Made by a program: the position numbers and the translations under genes | Assembly: GCF_963921235.1 (NCBI RefSeq) | Contig: NC_086097.1 | Span: forward strand, 245,956,001 to 246,020,000 | Source of the DNA: Mobula hypostoma | Lineage: Eukaryota | Direction of reading: 5' to 3' | DNA length: 64,000 nt | Shown: positions 1 through 13,550 of the stretch, piece after piece | Layout: each line of letters opens with the position of its first letter | Position numbering within the stretch: the stretch's first letter is position 1 | The notes under the pieces: model-generated | What the model was told of the DNA's origin: nothing | What the model saw: only the letters and a program-made list of their open reading frames with translations | The model's database searches: none

Positions 1-347
1 AGTAATCAGATTGAGTTAAAGCAGGATCTTGTAATGTGTTGGATTGTTTCTGGTTACTATTGGCATTTTCTGTGTTTATCATCTTGAATTTGTTGGACTC
101 TTATTATATACTTTTGATTATTTTTGTGTTAGCCACCTGGTTGTGTATTATTATTACTATTTTTGTATTTACGCAGCTTGTCTTTGTTTGTGCACTGATT
201 GTTTGTCAGTCTTTGTGTACAGCTTTTCATTGTTTTTATTGTATTTCTTTGTGCTGCTGTAAATGCCCCCAAGAAACCAAATCTCAGGGTAGTATATGGT
301 GACATATACCTACTTTGATAATAAATTTATGAAGTTTGAACTTTGAA
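1..347 (+). mobile_element. 3' UTR remnant of an abundant non-LTR retroelement (TTTGAAC-type tail)
   Basis: T-rich UTR ending aatctcagggtagtatatggtgacatatacctactttgataataaattt...tttgaactttgaa. The same end recurs at ~3590-3665, 14213-14350 (-), 18770-18830, 19111 (-), 29935 (-) and 55580-55645. Confidence 0.55.
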
Positions 348-865
348 ACTCTGGTTGGACCACACTTAGAAAATTGTGTTCAGTTCTGGTCATCCCAATA
401 TAGAATATAGAAGGATATAGAATATATATAGAAGGATGTAGAAGCTTTAGAGAGAGGAGATCCACTAGAATGCTGCCTGAATGAGCGAGCATGTCTTACA
501 GAGATTGATTGGGCAAGCTAGGGATCTTCTCTTTGGAGCAGAAGAGAATGAGAGGCAACTTCATAGAGATGTACAAGATGTTAAAAGGCCTAGATCAAGT
601 GGATAGCCAGAGACATTTTCTTAAACTGGAAATGACTGAAAAGGGCAAAATTTTAATGTGATTGGAGAAAAATTTAGGAGGGATGTCAGAGGTATGTTTT
701 TTTACACAGACAGCAGTGAGTTCATGGAATGGCTTTCCAGAGCTGGTGGTAGAAGCAGATATATATAGCGTTAAAAGCATCTTAAATAGACCCACGTGAT
801 GAAAGAAAAATGGAGGGGCATGCAGGAGGGAAGGGAGAGATTGAACTTAGAGTGGGTTAAAGGGT
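347..865 (+). mobile_element. CR1 LINE 3' fragment (decayed)
   Basis: Encodes TLVGPHLENCVQFWSS..., the CR1 ORF2 C-terminal motif LVRPHLEYCVQFW, followed by CR1 3' end sequence. Confidence 0.85.
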
Positions 866-945
866 CTAAAGCTTCCATATCCTTCCTGTAATGAGGCAAT
901 GAGAACTGAACACAATATTCCAAGTGCGGTCTAACCAGGGTTTCA
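866..945 (-). mobile_element. short CR1 fragment
   Basis: Reverse complement reads ...LVRPHLEYCVQFSLPHYRKDMEAL. Confidence 0.75.
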
Positions 946-1014
946 TGTTCTATATTATATGAAAGGTATCATGTATGCCTGGAGTGCTCTCCCCTCAAAC
1001 CTCACAACGATTTC

Positions 1015-1540
1015 TTGGCTCTAGCAAATTTCGACAGATGTATCTTGGATAGCATTCTGACTGGTTGCATCACCGTCTGGTACGGAGGGGCCACAGCACA
1101 GGATCGAAAATAAAACTGCAGAAAATTGTAAACTGTCAGCGCCGTCATGGGCACTAGCCTCCCTATCATCCAGGCACCTTCAAAAGGCAATGCCTCAAAA
1201 AGGCGGCACCAATCATTAAGGGCTCCCATCGCCCAGGACATGCCCTCTTCCCATGACTACCATCAGGTAGGAGATGCAGATGCCTGAATGTGCACACTCA
1301 ACGATCAGGAACAGTTTCTTTCCCACTGCCGTCAGGTTTCTGAATGGATATCGAGCCTATGGTCACTACTTCACGATAGTTTTTTCCCTTTTTCTTGCTC
1401 TCTTTTTGCACTACTGTAATTTAGTTTAATATTTGATAGGTAATTTATAGATTTAGAAACTATGTATTGAACTGTACTGCTGCCACAAAGCAACAAATTT
1501 CACAACATATGCCAGAGATTTTAAACCTGATTCTGATTCA
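1015..1540 (+). mobile_element. Rex1/Babar-type LINE 3' fragment
   Basis: LANF.RC..DSILTGCITVWYGGATAQDR-like C-terminal coding remnant, ending in a taaacctgattctgattc tail. Confidence 0.75.
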
Positions 1541-1860
1541 GCTTCCAGCAGTCCGCTCCAAGTTTAACGTCTGGCATCTTATCAATTGGACAACCTCCCA
1601 GCATTCATTACTAACTATTTCAAAACGTGCCATGAAATTAAGACCAGAAGAGATAAATGAAAACTAATAGAAGGTCATTTTGAAAAGATCTTTTAAAACA
1701 CGTTTTGAGAGCAGCCATAATCTGATTTTCACCCATTTTGATATTTTAGGACAACTTCTATTTCAGTGGCTTTGAGCACTGACTAGAAACAGACAATAGA
1801 TGACTATAGCTAAGTTTTATAACACATGCCAACCATAATCTGACAGGTAATTTAAATATC

Positions 1861-2025
1861 AAACAAGGGAAAATCTGCAGATGCTGGAAATCCAAGCAAC
1901 ACACACAAAATGCAGGAGGAACTCAGCAGGCCAGGCAGCATCTATGGAAAAGAACGCTGAGAACTTTTCGGGCTGAGATCCTTCAGGGTTTCAAGCCGAA
2001 ACGTCGACTGTACTCTTTTCCATAG
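1861..2025. mobile_element. Penelope-derived short repeat with collapsed inverted hammerhead region
   Basis: aatctgcagatgctggaaatccaagcaacacacacaaaatgc...gcagcatctatgg followed by ccgaaacgtcgactgtac; same family as 28234, 36258 and 52050. Confidence 0.7.
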
Positions 2026-2349
2026 GTAATTTAAATACGCACCCTTTCAAATTTTCCATTCACCATTGCTCAGCACAATCCTCAATAATTTGATTTGACG
2101 CAAATGACACTTTTCACTATATGTTTCGATATATCTGTGACAAAAAAAGATAATCTTTTTAAACCTTATCAGCATTAATAGGTCTCCCCCGCCTCCCCAA
2201 CACTACAAATGTCTTCTTATGAGATGATTTGGCTGTAATTTCCTCTTTGTTCTATCTGCTAGCTCATCACTTATATGTCATCAACAATCTGTCTGCTTGC
2301 CTTCCTACCTGTCTTTCTAACAAACAGTATAGGTCTCAAAGAACTTGTT

Positions 2350-2800
2350 AACATCAGGTTTAATGTCACTGGCATATGTGGCAGCAGTACATTGCAATAC
2401 ATAATGATAAAAGCTAGAAATTACAATAAGAAGTATATGTAAAACAAATAAATTAAATAAGTACTGCAAAGAGAGAACAAACAAATAGTGAGGTAGTGTT
2501 CATGGGTTTATTGTCTGTTCAGAAATCTGCCAGAGGGGAAGAAGCTGTTCCTGAAATGTTGAGTGTGTGTTTAATGCTCCTGTACCTTCTCCTTGATGGT
2601 AGCAATGAGAAGAGGGTATGTCCTGGGTGGTGAGGGTCATCAATGATGGCAGCCTTCTTCAGGCATCGCCTTTTGAAGGCGTGCTTGATGATGGGGAGGC
2701 TGGTGCCCATGATGGATCTGGCTAAGTTTACAACCTTCTACAGTTTTCTTTCCCAGTCCTGTGCAGTGGCCCCTCCATACCAGACGGTGATTCAACCAGT
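2350..2800 (-). mobile_element. Rex1/Babar-type LINE 3' fragment
   Basis: Minus-strand MGTSLP...RCLKKAAIIDDPHHPGHTLFSLLPSRRRYRSIK, plus UTR. Confidence 0.75.
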
Positions 2801-3675
2801 TAGCAATCTTGAAACTACTCCCTCAGATAGGCAAACTTTGATTTTGGCGTTATCGTAGCAGATGATCTGTCCTGAGACCAGCACATACACCCCATGACAA
2901 AGAAGGTATGCCAGTGTCTCTACCTTCTTGGAAATTCCTGCAGATTCAGCACACCATCTAAAACTTTGACCAATTTCTAAAGATGCACATCTGGGAAATA
3001 TCCCAACTGGTTGCATCACAGTATGGAAACATCAATGCTCAGGAAGGGAAATGTCTACAGAAAGTGGTGGATATTGAGTGCAATTACAAAGATTGTAGCA
3101 GCAAGAAAGCGGCATCCATCATCCAGAACTCCCTGATGCTCTCATCTCACTACTACCATTGAGCAGAAGCCTTAGGAAAGGTTTCAAACAAAGTTCAGGA
3201 ACAGTTATTACCATTCAACCACCAAGCTCATGAACCAGCGCGGATAACTTCACTCACACGAGAAAGTCTGCAGATACTGGAAATCAAAGCAACACACGCA
3301 AAATGCAGGAAGAATTCAGCAGGTCGGGTTCTATGGAGATGAATAAATAGTCGACGTTTTGGACTGAGACCCTTGTGTTCCTCCAACTGCATTCACTTCA
3401 ACACTGAACTGGTTCCACAACCAACAGACTCACTTTCAAGGACTTTAGAACTCATGTTTTCAGCATTATTTTTACATATATATAATTTGTACTATGTTTC
3501 TTCTTTTGTACATTTGTTGTTTGTCAGTTTTTTATGTATAGTTTTTCATAAAGTCTGCTGTATTTCTTTATTTTTCTGTGGATTCCCGCAAGAAGATAAA
3601 CCTCAAGGTAGTATAAGGAGGCATATAATTAAAATTTGATACTATATTTACTTTGACTTTAACTTTAATGAATTC

Positions 3676-6143
3676 AGTGAAAGGTGCAAAAATAACAGGG
3701 TTGTTATCATGGGTGACTTCAACTTCCCTAATATTGATTGGCACCTGATTAGTTCCAAAGGTTTAGATGGGGCAGAGTTTGTTAAGTGTGTCCAGGACGG
3801 ATTCCTGTCACAGTATGTGGACAGGCCGACCAGGGGGAATGCCATACTAGATCTAGTACTAGGTAACGAACCGGGTCAGGTCACAGATCTCTCAGTGGGT
3901 GAGCATCTGGGGGACAGTGACCATCGCTCCTTGGCCTTTAGCATTATCATGAGAAAGGATAGAATCAGAGAGGACAGGAAAATTTTTAATTGGGGAAGGG
4001 CAAATTATGAGGCGATAAGGCTAGAACCTGCAGGTGTGAATTGGGATGATGTTTTTGCAGGGAAATGTACTATGGACATGTGGTCGATGTTTAGAGATCT
4101 CTTGTAGGATGTTAGGGATAAATTTGTCCCGGAGAGGAAGATAAAGAATGGTCGGGTGAAGGAACCATGGGTGACAAGTGAGGTGGAAAATCTAGTCAGG
4201 TGGAAGAAGGCAGCATACATGAGGTTTAGGAAGCAAAGATCAGATGGGTCTATTGAGGAATATAGGGAAGCAAGAAAGAAGTTTAAGAAGGGACTGAGGA
4301 GAGCAAGAAGGGGGCAGGAGAAGGCCTTGGTGAGTAGGGTAAAAGAAAACCCCAAGGCATTCTTCAATTATGTGAAGAACAAAAGGATGACAGGAGTGAA
4401 GGTAGGACGGATTAGAGATAAAGGTGGGAAGATGTGCCTGGAGGCTGTGGAAGTGAGCGAGGTCGTCAATGAATACTTCTCTTCGGTATTCACCAATGAG
4501 AGGGAACTTGATGATGGTGAGGACAATATGAGTGAGGTTGATGTTCTGGAGCATGTTGATATTAAGGGAGAGGAGGTGTTGGAGTTGTTAAAATATATTA
4601 GGACGGATAAGTCCCCGGGGTCTGACGGAATATTCCCCAGGCTGCTCTACGAGGCGAGGGAAGAGATTGCTGAGCCTCTGGCTAGGATCTTTATGTCCTC
4701 GTTATCCACGGGAATGGTACCGGAGGATTGGAGGGAGGCGAATGTTGTCCCCTTGTTCAAAAAAGGTAATAGGGATAGTCCGGGTAATTATAGACCAGTG
4801 AGCCTTACGTCTGTGGTGGGAAAGCTGTTGGAAAAGTTTCTTAGAGATAGGATCTCTGGGCATTTAGAGAATCATGGTCTGATCAGGGACAGTCAGCATG
4901 GCTTTGTGAAGGGCAGATCGTGTCTAACAAGCCTGATAGAGTTCTTTGAGGAGGTGACCAGGCATATAGATGAGGGTAGAGCAGTGGATGTGATCTATAT
5001 GGATTTTACTAAGGCATTTGACAAGGTTCCACATGGTAGGCTTATTCAGAAAGTCAGAAGGCATGGGATCCAGGTAAGTTTGGCCAGGTGGATTCAGAAT
5101 GCTTGCCTGCAGAAGGCAGAGAGTCGTGGTGGAGGGTGTACATTTAGATTGGAGGATTGTGACCAGTGGTGCCCCACAAGGAGGATCTGTTCTGGGACCT
5201 CTACTTTTCGTGATTTTTATTAATGCCCTGGATGTGGGGGTAGAGGGGTGGGTTGGCAAGTTTACAGACGACACAAAGGTTGGTGGTGTTGTAGATAGTG
5301 TAGAGGATTGTTGAAGATTGCAGAGAGATATTGATAGGATGCAGAAGTGGGCTGAGAAGTGGCAGATGGAGTTCAACCCGGAGAAGTGTGAGGTGGTACA
5401 CTTTGGAAGGACAAACTCCAAGGCAGAGTACAAAGTAAATGGCAGGAGCAGAGGGATCTAGGGGTACCTGTCCACAGATCCCTGAAAGTTGCCTCAAAGG
5501 TAGATAGGGTAGTTAAGAAAGCTTATGGGGTATTAGCTTTCATAAGTCGAGGGATAGAGTTTAAGAGTCACGATGTAATGATGCAGCTCTATAAAACTCT
5601 GGTTAGGCCACAATTAGACTACTGTGTCCAGTTCTGGTTGCCTCACTATAGGAAGGATGTGGAAGCACTGGAAAGGGTACAGAGGAGATTTACCAGGATG
5701 CTGCCTGGTTTAGAGGGTATGCATTATGATCAGAGACTAAGGGAGCTAGGGCTTTACTCTTTGGAGAGAAGGAGGATGAGAGGAGACATGATAGAGGTGT
5801 ACAAGATAATAAGAAGAATAGATAGAGTGGATAGCCAGCGCCTCTTCCCCAGGGCACCACTGCTCAATACAAGAGGACATGGCTTTAAGCTAAGGTGTGG
5901 GAAGTTCAAGGGGGATATTAGAGGAAGGTTTTTTACTCAGAGAGTGGTTGGTGCGTGGAATGCACTGCCTGAGTCAGTGGTGGGGGCAGATACACTAGTG
6001 AAGTTTACGAGATTACTAGACGGGTATACGGAGGAATTTAAGGTGGGGGGTTAAATGGGAGGCAGGGTTTGAGGGTCGGCACAACATTGTGGGCCGAAGG
6101 GCCTGTACTGTGCTATACTATTCTATGTTCTATGTTCTATGTT
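3676..6143 (+). pseudogene. CR1 LINE ORF2 remnant (APE endonuclease C-terminal half + RT), 5'-truncated, ~2.5 kb
   Basis: Contains MGDFNFPNIDW...RPTRGNAILDLVL...SDH (APE), [42 protein letters not shown], PQGxSVLGPLLF and KFTDDTK. Disrupted by a stop at 4105-4107, frameshifts near 5100 and 5180, a stop near 5312 and a small deletion near 5446. Ends in a (CTATGTT)n tail. Confidence 0.95.
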
Positions 6144-6554
6144 AAGTCTACATAAACCTGAAGGGTTCACAAATTTCCAAAGATTCACTATGTTTTGATT
6201 ATCGAAATTTCTTCTACTCATTGCATAACTGAATGGGCGGCGGTCATTTCAAGATTTAATTCTGCTTTTATTCACCTCCTCAAGGGAAATATCACACTTC
6301 CTTCAACGCCCTCAAACCTGTAAGAACTTAATAGGTTTCAATTTCAGTGGAAATATCTGAGTACTTCTACGCGGGCAAGAGTGTGCTAATTATGGCTTAA
6401 TTTCTATTTTTCACTTTAATATATGAAAGGATACAAAAGGAACCATAAAGTAAAATGTTGAAATTGAAGAACTATAGAAATGAGATTGAAATCTTTCATG
6501 ATTTAGATAACTGTTATAATCTTTCAAGACTTCTCTGCTGCAGCTCTATTTGAC

Positions 6555-8105
6555 CATAAGACCATAAGACAAAGGAGCAATCGGCTATTCGGCCCATCGA
6601 GTCTGCTCCGCCATTTTATCATGAGCTGATCCATTCTCCTATTTAGTCCCACTCCCCCACCTTCTCACCGTAACCTTTGATGCCCTGGCTACTCAGAAAG
6701 CTATCAATCTCTGCCTTAAATACACCCAATGACTTGACCTCCACTGCCGCCCGTGGCAACAAATTCCACAGATTCACCACCCTCTGGCTAAAAAAATTTC
6801 TTTGCATTTCTGTTCTGAATGGGCGCCCTTCAATCCTTAAGTCATGCCCTCTCATACTAGACTCCCCCATCATGGGAAACAACTTTGCCACATCCACTCT
6901 GTCCATGCCTTTCAACATTCAAAATGTTTCTATGAGATCCCCTCTCATTCTTCTAAACTCCAAAGAGTACAGACCAAGAGCGGTCAAATGTTCCTCATAT
7001 GTTAACCCTCTCATTCCCGGAATCCATCTAGTGAATCTTCTCTGAACCCTCTCCAATGTCAGCACATCCTTTCTTAAATAAGGAGCCCAAAACTGCACAC
7101 AGTACTCCAAGTGAGGTCTCACCAGAGCCTTATAGAGCCTCAACATCACATCCCTGCTCCTATACTCTATTCCTCTAGAAATGAATGCCAACATTGCATT
7201 CGCCTTCTTCACCACCGACTCAACCTGGAGGTTAACCTTAAGGGTATCCTGCACGAGGACTCCCAAGTCCTGTTGCATCTCAGAACTTTGAATTCTCTCC
7301 CCATTTAAATAATAGTCTGCCCGTTTATTTCTTCTACCAAAGTGCATGACCATACACTTTCCAACATTGTATTTCATTTGCCACTTCTCTGCCCATTCTT
7401 CCAATCTATCCAAGTCTCTCTGCAGACTCTCTGTTTCCTCAGCACTACCGGCCCCTCCACCTATCTTTGTATCATCAGCAAACTTAACCACAAAGCTGTC
7501 TATTCCATAATCCAAATCGTTGATGTACAATGTAAAAAGAAGCAGCCCCAACACTGATCCCTGTGGAAAACCACTGGTAACCGGCAGCCAACCAGAATAG
7601 GATCCCTTTATTCCCACTCTCTGTTTCCTGCCAATCAGCCAACGCTCTATCCACGTATGTAACTTTCCTGTAATTCCATGGGCTCTTATCTTGTTAAGTA
7701 GCATCATGTGTGGCACCTTGTCAAAGGCCTTCTGAAAATCCAAATATACAACATCCACTGCATCTCCCTTGTCTAGCCTACTTGCGGTTTCCTCAAAAAA
7801 TTGTAATAGGTTTGTCAGGCAGGATTTTCCTTTAAGGAAACCATGCTGAGTTCTGCCTATCTTGTCATATGCCTCCAGGTACTCCGTAACCTCATCCATG
7901 ACAATCGACTCCAACAACTTCCCAACCACTGATGTCAAGCTAACAGTTCTATAATTTCCTTTTTGCTTCCTTGCCCCCTTCTTAAATAGCGGAGTGACAT
8001 TTGCAATCTTCCAGTCCTCTGGAACCATGCCAGAGTCTATTGACTTTTGAAAGATCATTGGTAATGCCGCCGCAATCTCCACAGCTACTTCCTTCAGAAC
8101 ACGAG
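6555..8105 (-). mobile_element. CR1 LINE, 5'-truncated, with an uninterrupted 387-aa RT-domain frame (6919-8082)
   Basis: [50 protein letters not shown] and LVRPHLEYCVQFW; (TTATGGTC)n tail near 6555-6570. Confidence 0.95.
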
Positions 8106-8165
8106 ATCAAAGTTAATGGAGAAATAGTGCAGGAGAGAGCCTGATAATGCATTAGCAGCTTTAGG

Positions 8166-8692
8166 TGTCACGATCTGCACCGGTTGTGTTGAAACCCAAG
8201 TGTGGAGGGAAAACAGGCTTCAATATAGAGACAGTGATCAGAATTCAAACAGAACAACAGTAGCCCAGCCAAGCGACAGCGCAAGGTGTAAAATTCTCAA
8301 AACTAGGATCCCGTAGTTAGTGCTAATCAGCCCATCAAAATAAACTTAACAAGTTTAAACAGAACGCACCAGGAAACCGCATTACAAAGAGTGAGTCACT
8401 CAAGGAAGAACACAAGGAACTCTTAAACAATTATTGACTCTCATTAAACAACAATTAACTAATTCAGGTACTCTTGGAGCCCAATGCTCTCTGGCTCCCT
8501 GCACAAGCCCAAGAGCACATTATAGTACTGGCTGGCACCTGATTGTCCAGGGAGACCTGAACATTTGAGAGAAATCTCAGGAACTAGAGTGTGACCTGGA
8601 GAACTCAAGATGGACTTGGGAGACCCAAGAGGGACAAGGCGAACTTGAGAGGCACTTGGGGAACACAAGACAGACTTGGGAACCTTGAGACA
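8166..8692. mobile_element. possible solo LTR
   Basis: Starts TGTCAC, ends GAGACA, with internal short degenerate repeats (gacttgggagaccc / gacttgggaacc). No convincing TSD. Confidence 0.35.
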
Positions 8693-8839
8693 GGGAGGAC
8701 ATTGAATAAATCTTGGTGTTGTGATGTGTTATTGCCAGCTCCAGCATTGAGGTCTTGAATAAAGGTGTTCGCTGCTGTTTATGCTATCAAAAAAATATTT
8801 GGATTTGGATTTGGATTTGTGGCCCATAGTTGTTGGGCA

Positions 8840-9005
8840 AAGTGGCGCAGCAGATGATGCTGTCATCTCTCAGCTCCATTCAGCAAGGACCAGTCCTGAC
8901 CTCTGGTACGTAGAGTTTGCATGTTCTCCCTGTGGCCTTATAGATCTCCTGTGATCTCCCCCAAAACCCAAAATTCATGGGTTAAATTGGCTAATGTTTA
9001 GCATG
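8840..9005 (+). mobile_element. decayed V-domain tRNA-derived SINE
   Basis: gtggcgcagc A-box remnant and gagtttgcatgttctccctgtg V-domain motif. Confidence 0.5.
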
Positions 9006-9312
9006 GAGATTAGGGAGGAGCTTCATGGGACTTGGAGAGAGACAACACAGGGAAAGGGGAGAGTAGCAGGAAATAAAACCTGGAGGGGTTGTCTTTTAAT
9101 ATGCCAAGGATTCAATGGGCTGATGAGGAAGATGTGGTAAAAAATGGAGAGAACAAAGACCTATTACAGTCAGACAAAAGGAATACAACACTGAAATAAG
9201 AAATATCACATTTTTATTGGAAGGTGAATATTGCAATATACACTCACTGGACACTGTATTATGAACACCTGTATACCTGGCCATACAGGTATGCAAGTAC
9301 TGCATCTAATCA

Positions 9313-11221
9313 CAGAAACATAGAAAACCTACAGCACAATACAGGCCCTTCGGCCTACAAAGTTGTGCTGAACATGTCCCTACCTTAGAAATTACTAGGG
9401 TTACCCATAGCCCTCTATTTTTCTAAGCTCCATGTACCTATCCAAAAGTCTCTTAAAAGACCCTATCGTTTCCGCCTCCACCACCATTGCCGACATCCCA
9501 TTTCACGCATTCACCACTCTCTGAGTAAAAAACTTCTCTCTGGAAAACTTCTGAAATGTCTGCTTTGCTACTGCTGTTACTGTGTGGTAACCGGAATCTC
9601 TGGAGCTGAAGGCCCCGAAATCCTCAGCTTTGCGTGTTTCAGCGGCCGGGGAGAGGTCAAAGGCGCTCGGCAGAGGATGGCGCTCGGGAGGCTGTATCGG
9701 AGAGGCTGCTTGGAAGCTCGGAGTTTTTGGACGGATGGATTAGGGGTCGGCTGCTTCCAAGGTATCGGCAAGTTGACGGTGCCTGGAGGTTTATGGCAGG
9801 GAGTTTCTCCCTTTTGCCGCCTGCTATTGGGGACTCGGGAGTCAATCGACTCGGGACTTTGAGACTTTTTTTTACTGTACCTGTGGTCTGTTCTTTATCA
9901 AATTATGGTATTGCTTTGCACTGCTGTAACTATATGTTATAATTATGTGGTTCTGTCAGTGTTAGTCTTTGGTCTGTCTTGTTTTCTGTGATATCACTCT
10001 GGAGAAACATTGTATCATTTCTTAACGCATGTATGCATTTCTAAATGACAATAAAAGAGGACTGAGTGTTATCCTAATCTAAAAACATCTCCTCTGTACC
10101 TACTCCCCAGCACCTTAAACCTCTTGTGGCAACCATTTCAGCCCTGGGAAAAAGTCTCTGACTATCCACACGATCAATGCCTCTCATCATCTTATACACC
10201 TCTATCAGGTCACCTTTCACTCAACTTATTCTCATAAGGCATGCTCCCCAATCCAGGCAACATCCTTGTAAATCTCCTCTGCACCCTTTCTATGGCTTCC
10301 ACATCCTTCCTGTAGTGAGGCGACCAGAACTGAGCACAGTACTCCAAGTGGGGTCTGACCAGGGTCTTATATAGCTGCAACATTACCTCTAGGCTCCTAA
10401 ATTCAATTCCACGATTGATGACGGCCAATACACCGTATGCCTTCTTAACCACAGAGTCAACCCGTGCAGCTGCTTTGAGCATCCTATGGACTCGGACCCC
10501 AAGACCCCTCTGATCCTCCACACTGCCAAGAGTCTTACCACTAATACTATATTCTGCCATCATATTTGACCTACCAAAATTAACCATTTCACACTTATCT
10601 GGGTTGAACTCTATCTGCCACTTTTCAACCCAGTTTTGCATCCTATCAATGTCCCGCTGTAACTTCTGACAGCTCTCCACACTATCCACAACACCACCAA
10701 CCTTTGTGTTATCAGCAAACTTACTAACCCATCCCTCCACTTCCTCATCCAGGTCATTAATAAAAATCACGAAGAGTAAGGGTCCTAGAACAGATCCCTG
10801 AGGCACCCCACTGGTAACTGACCTCCATGCAGAACATGACCCGTCTACAACCACTCTTTGCCTTCTGTGGGCAAGCCAGTTCTGGATCCACAAAGCAATG
10901 TCCCCTTGGATTAGATGCCTCTTTACTTTCTCAATAAGCCTTGCATGGGGTACCTTATCAAATGCCTTGCTGAAATCCATATACGCTACATCTACTGCTC
11001 TTCCTTCATCGATGTGTTTAGTCACATCCTCAAAAAAATCAATCAGGCTTGTAAGGCACAACCTGTCCTTGACAAAGCCATGCTGACCACTCCTAATCAT
11101 ATTATACCTCTCCAAATGTTCATAAATCCAGCCTCTCAGGATCTTCTCCATCAACTTACCAACCACTGAGGTAAGACTCACTACTCTATAATTTCCTGGG
11201 CTATCTCTGCTCCCTTTCTTA
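9313..11221 (-). mobile_element. CR1 LINE fragment (RT region), internally deleted near 10215
   Basis: ORF 10210-11310 carries [41 protein letters not shown] and FADNTK; 3' tail at ~9313-9330. Confidence 0.9.
9539..10082 (+). mobile_element. 5'-truncated copy of a non-autonomous retroposon (same family as 14941-15630)
   Basis: Colinear with 15070-15630 (ctggaaaacttctgaaatg...ttgtatcatttcttaa...aataaaa...gactg.gtgt..cctaatct); inserted in the CR1 3' region. Confidence 0.8.
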
Positions 11222-11713
11222 ATCAGGCAGCAACTCAATGCATAAAAGCATGTGGACATGGTCAAGAGGCTCAGCTGTTGTTCTGACCAAACATCAGAAT
11301 GGGGAAGCAAGGTGATCTAAGTGACCTTGACCATGAAATAATTGTTGGTGCCAGTTGGGGAGGTCTGAGTATTTCAGAAACTATTGATCTTCTCGAATTT
11401 TTACACACATCAGAGAATGGAGCAAGAAACAGAAAACATGTATTGAGTGGCAGTTCTGTGGGCAAAAACGCCTTGTTAATGAGACAGGGCAGAGGGGAAT
11501 GGCCAGACTGGTTCAAGCTGACAGGAAGGCGACAGTAACTCAAATAACTATGCGTTACAATGGTGATGTGCAGAAGAGCATCTCTGAATGCAGAACACAT
11601 TCAATCTTGAAGTGGATGGGCTACAGCAGCAGAAAACCATGAACATACACTGAGTGGCCACTTTTTGAGGTAGGTTAGGTACCAAATAAAGTGGCCACCA
11701 AGTGTACATTGAG

Positions 11714-12338
11714 TGTAAGGGGTTCTTCTTTCATGTTTCTTGCTAAGGCTAATAAAATGGCTTCTCTGTAATGTTAACCGCTAAGGTAAAGGGTTCTCTG
11801 TAGCAGCATGTTTGGGTTATAATCAGCGATAACGGGACTTGTATTCATTTGCGAACCAACTGGGACAGATGTTATTCTTTCCTGTGTATCTGAAAGCTGT
11901 TGTTTGCACAGGAGTTGGTCAGAACGCGCCATGGGAATGAAGCGAGGAGACGCACACCAAGAGATGCTGTGAGCTGGCTAGCAGAGCGGACCCCAAGCGG
12001 GGGCTCGGGACCTGTGGAGTTCGGAGGAAATCGAATGGTGAACCGAGGATACTGTGTGAGCTCCAACGAGTTATTTGTGCATGAACTGTCTAATTACTAT
12101 TCGGCACCTTTTTATTTTATCTTTTGGTTCTCTACTTATCCCATAGTTCAAGTACGGGTTATAAAATCTTAATTATTTAACAGCATCCTGTGCACGGCTT
12201 GTCATTACAGGGTACTGATTTGAAACAGGGGACACATCGCACAGCATTCACCCAAAGGAGAGTTGTAAGGTTTGGCCAGGCAGGGGGTTATCAGGTTATC
12301 ACCCCGAGATCATGCCACTAGGCAAAGCGAGCGTTGCA
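11714..12338. mobile_element. probable solo LTR (~625 bp)
   Basis: Starts TGTAAG, ends GTTGCA (degenerate TG...CA); non-coding; TSD poorly preserved. Confidence 0.55.
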
Positions 12339-12414
12339 TTAATAATTAAAATAATATGATGATTTTCATCATCATATTATCATATCTCTTATGTTTAGGA
12401 CTATAAGACCATAC

Positions 12415-12995
12415 CCCTTGAGGCTCTCTGTTGGTTGGGGGGGGGTCGACCATGGATTTTGTGCCCAGCTGTCCATGTGATACACTAGCCTGGGAGGTAC
12501 AATGTGGAGAGCAAGTTGTTGCCCATGCAGCAATCTTCCTCTCTTCTTGCAGCTGATGAATCCAAAGGAACGACAGAGGCCGATACAGTCTGGCACCAGT
12601 GACATTGTAGGAGTTGCCAGTCAATGTTGAACTCAACATAGGACTGATTTTCGGGAATGCAGCTCTGGATTTTTCCCTGGGGGTATAATCCCAAAACCTT
12701 CCACGTGGGTAGGTATAGACGGAAGGTTTGAGATCAGAGTTTTTCTTCTCGTACATGAGCTGCCAACCATGGCTGACTAGCCCCATCTGCCCAAAGTGAC
12801 TGGTTTTAAGCCACCAGTAACCCACCTTTGTCCCTGCTCCAGTCAGTAGAACCAGTTCTGCCAGGCTCAGTGGTTTAGCTACACGTGAAGGTCAGGAGCT
12901 GGAATTGGTTGTCAGAGGCTATCTGAGATGCTGATGGGAGGATTTAATAGGTAGTGGGAACTTATCTCCATTAGTACTCTTGGCTATAACAACCT
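12415..12995 (-). mobile_element. RTE-related non-autonomous retroposon remnant
   Basis: Shares blocks (gctgccaaccatggctgac, ccccatctgccc.aag, ctggcaccagt) with 15640-16045, 22020-22800 and the SINE tail at 60188-60390. Confidence 0.55.
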
Positions 12996-13014
12996 TGAGC
13001 TATAAGAGCACAAA

Positions 13015-13550
13015 ACCATAGGATACAGGAGCAGAATTTTAGTTCATTTGGCCCATTGAGTCTGCTCCATCGTTGCATTACGGCTGATTTACTATCCCCT
13101 CTCAACCTTCTTCTCTTGCCTTCTCCCCGTAACCTTTGATGCCCTTACTAATCAAGAACCTATCAATCTCCGCTTTAAGTATACCCAATGACTTGGACTC
13201 CACAGCCATCTGTGGCAATGAATTCCACAGAGTCACCACCTTCTGTGTAAAAAAATTCCTCCTCATCTCTGTTCAAAATGGATGTCCCTCTATTCTGAGG
13301 CTCAGTCCTCTTAGTCCTAGACTCACCTACAACATCCTCTCCACATCCAATCTATCCAGGCCTTTCAATATTTGATAGGATTCGATGAGATCTCCTCTCA
13401 TTCTTCCTCTCCAGTGAATACAGGCCCAGAGCCATCAAATGCTCCTCATAAGTTAACCCTTTCATTTCTGGAATCATTTTTGTGAAACTTCACTGGACCC
13501 TCTCCAATACCAGCACATCTTTTCTTTGAAAAGGGCCCAGAACTGCTCAC
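13015..13550 (-). mobile_element. CR1 3' fragment
   Basis: Homologous to 6555-7100 (aattccacaga.tcaccacc, cccaatgacttg). Confidence 0.85.

Larger units (their letters stand above)
9239..11706 (+). mobile_element. internally deleted Tc1-like DNA transposon, split by nested CR1 and SINE-like insertions
   Basis: Left end tacactcactggacact..., right end ...aataaagtggccaccaagtgta. 11299-11640 encodes a paired-like N-terminus, MGKQGDLSDLDHEIIVGASWGGLSISETIDLL. Same family at 52823 and 59210. Confidence 0.8.

Noticed and set aside
36..302. hydrophobic membrane-protein ORF
   Set aside because: Artefact of a T-rich LINE 3' UTR that recurs many times in the window.
395..440. tandem tagaatatagaagga repeats
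   Set aside because: Local slippage duplication inside a dead CR1, with no sign of function.
4156..5223. 355-aa ORF as a functional gene
   Set aside because: It is one segment of a CR1 ORF2 broken by stops and frameshifts on both sides.
6919..8082. 387-aa intact RT ORF as a domesticated gene or retron-like system
   Set aside because: It is a 5'-truncated CR1 copy with a normal CR1 tail. Openness is explained by young age, and the C-terminus has a premature stop.
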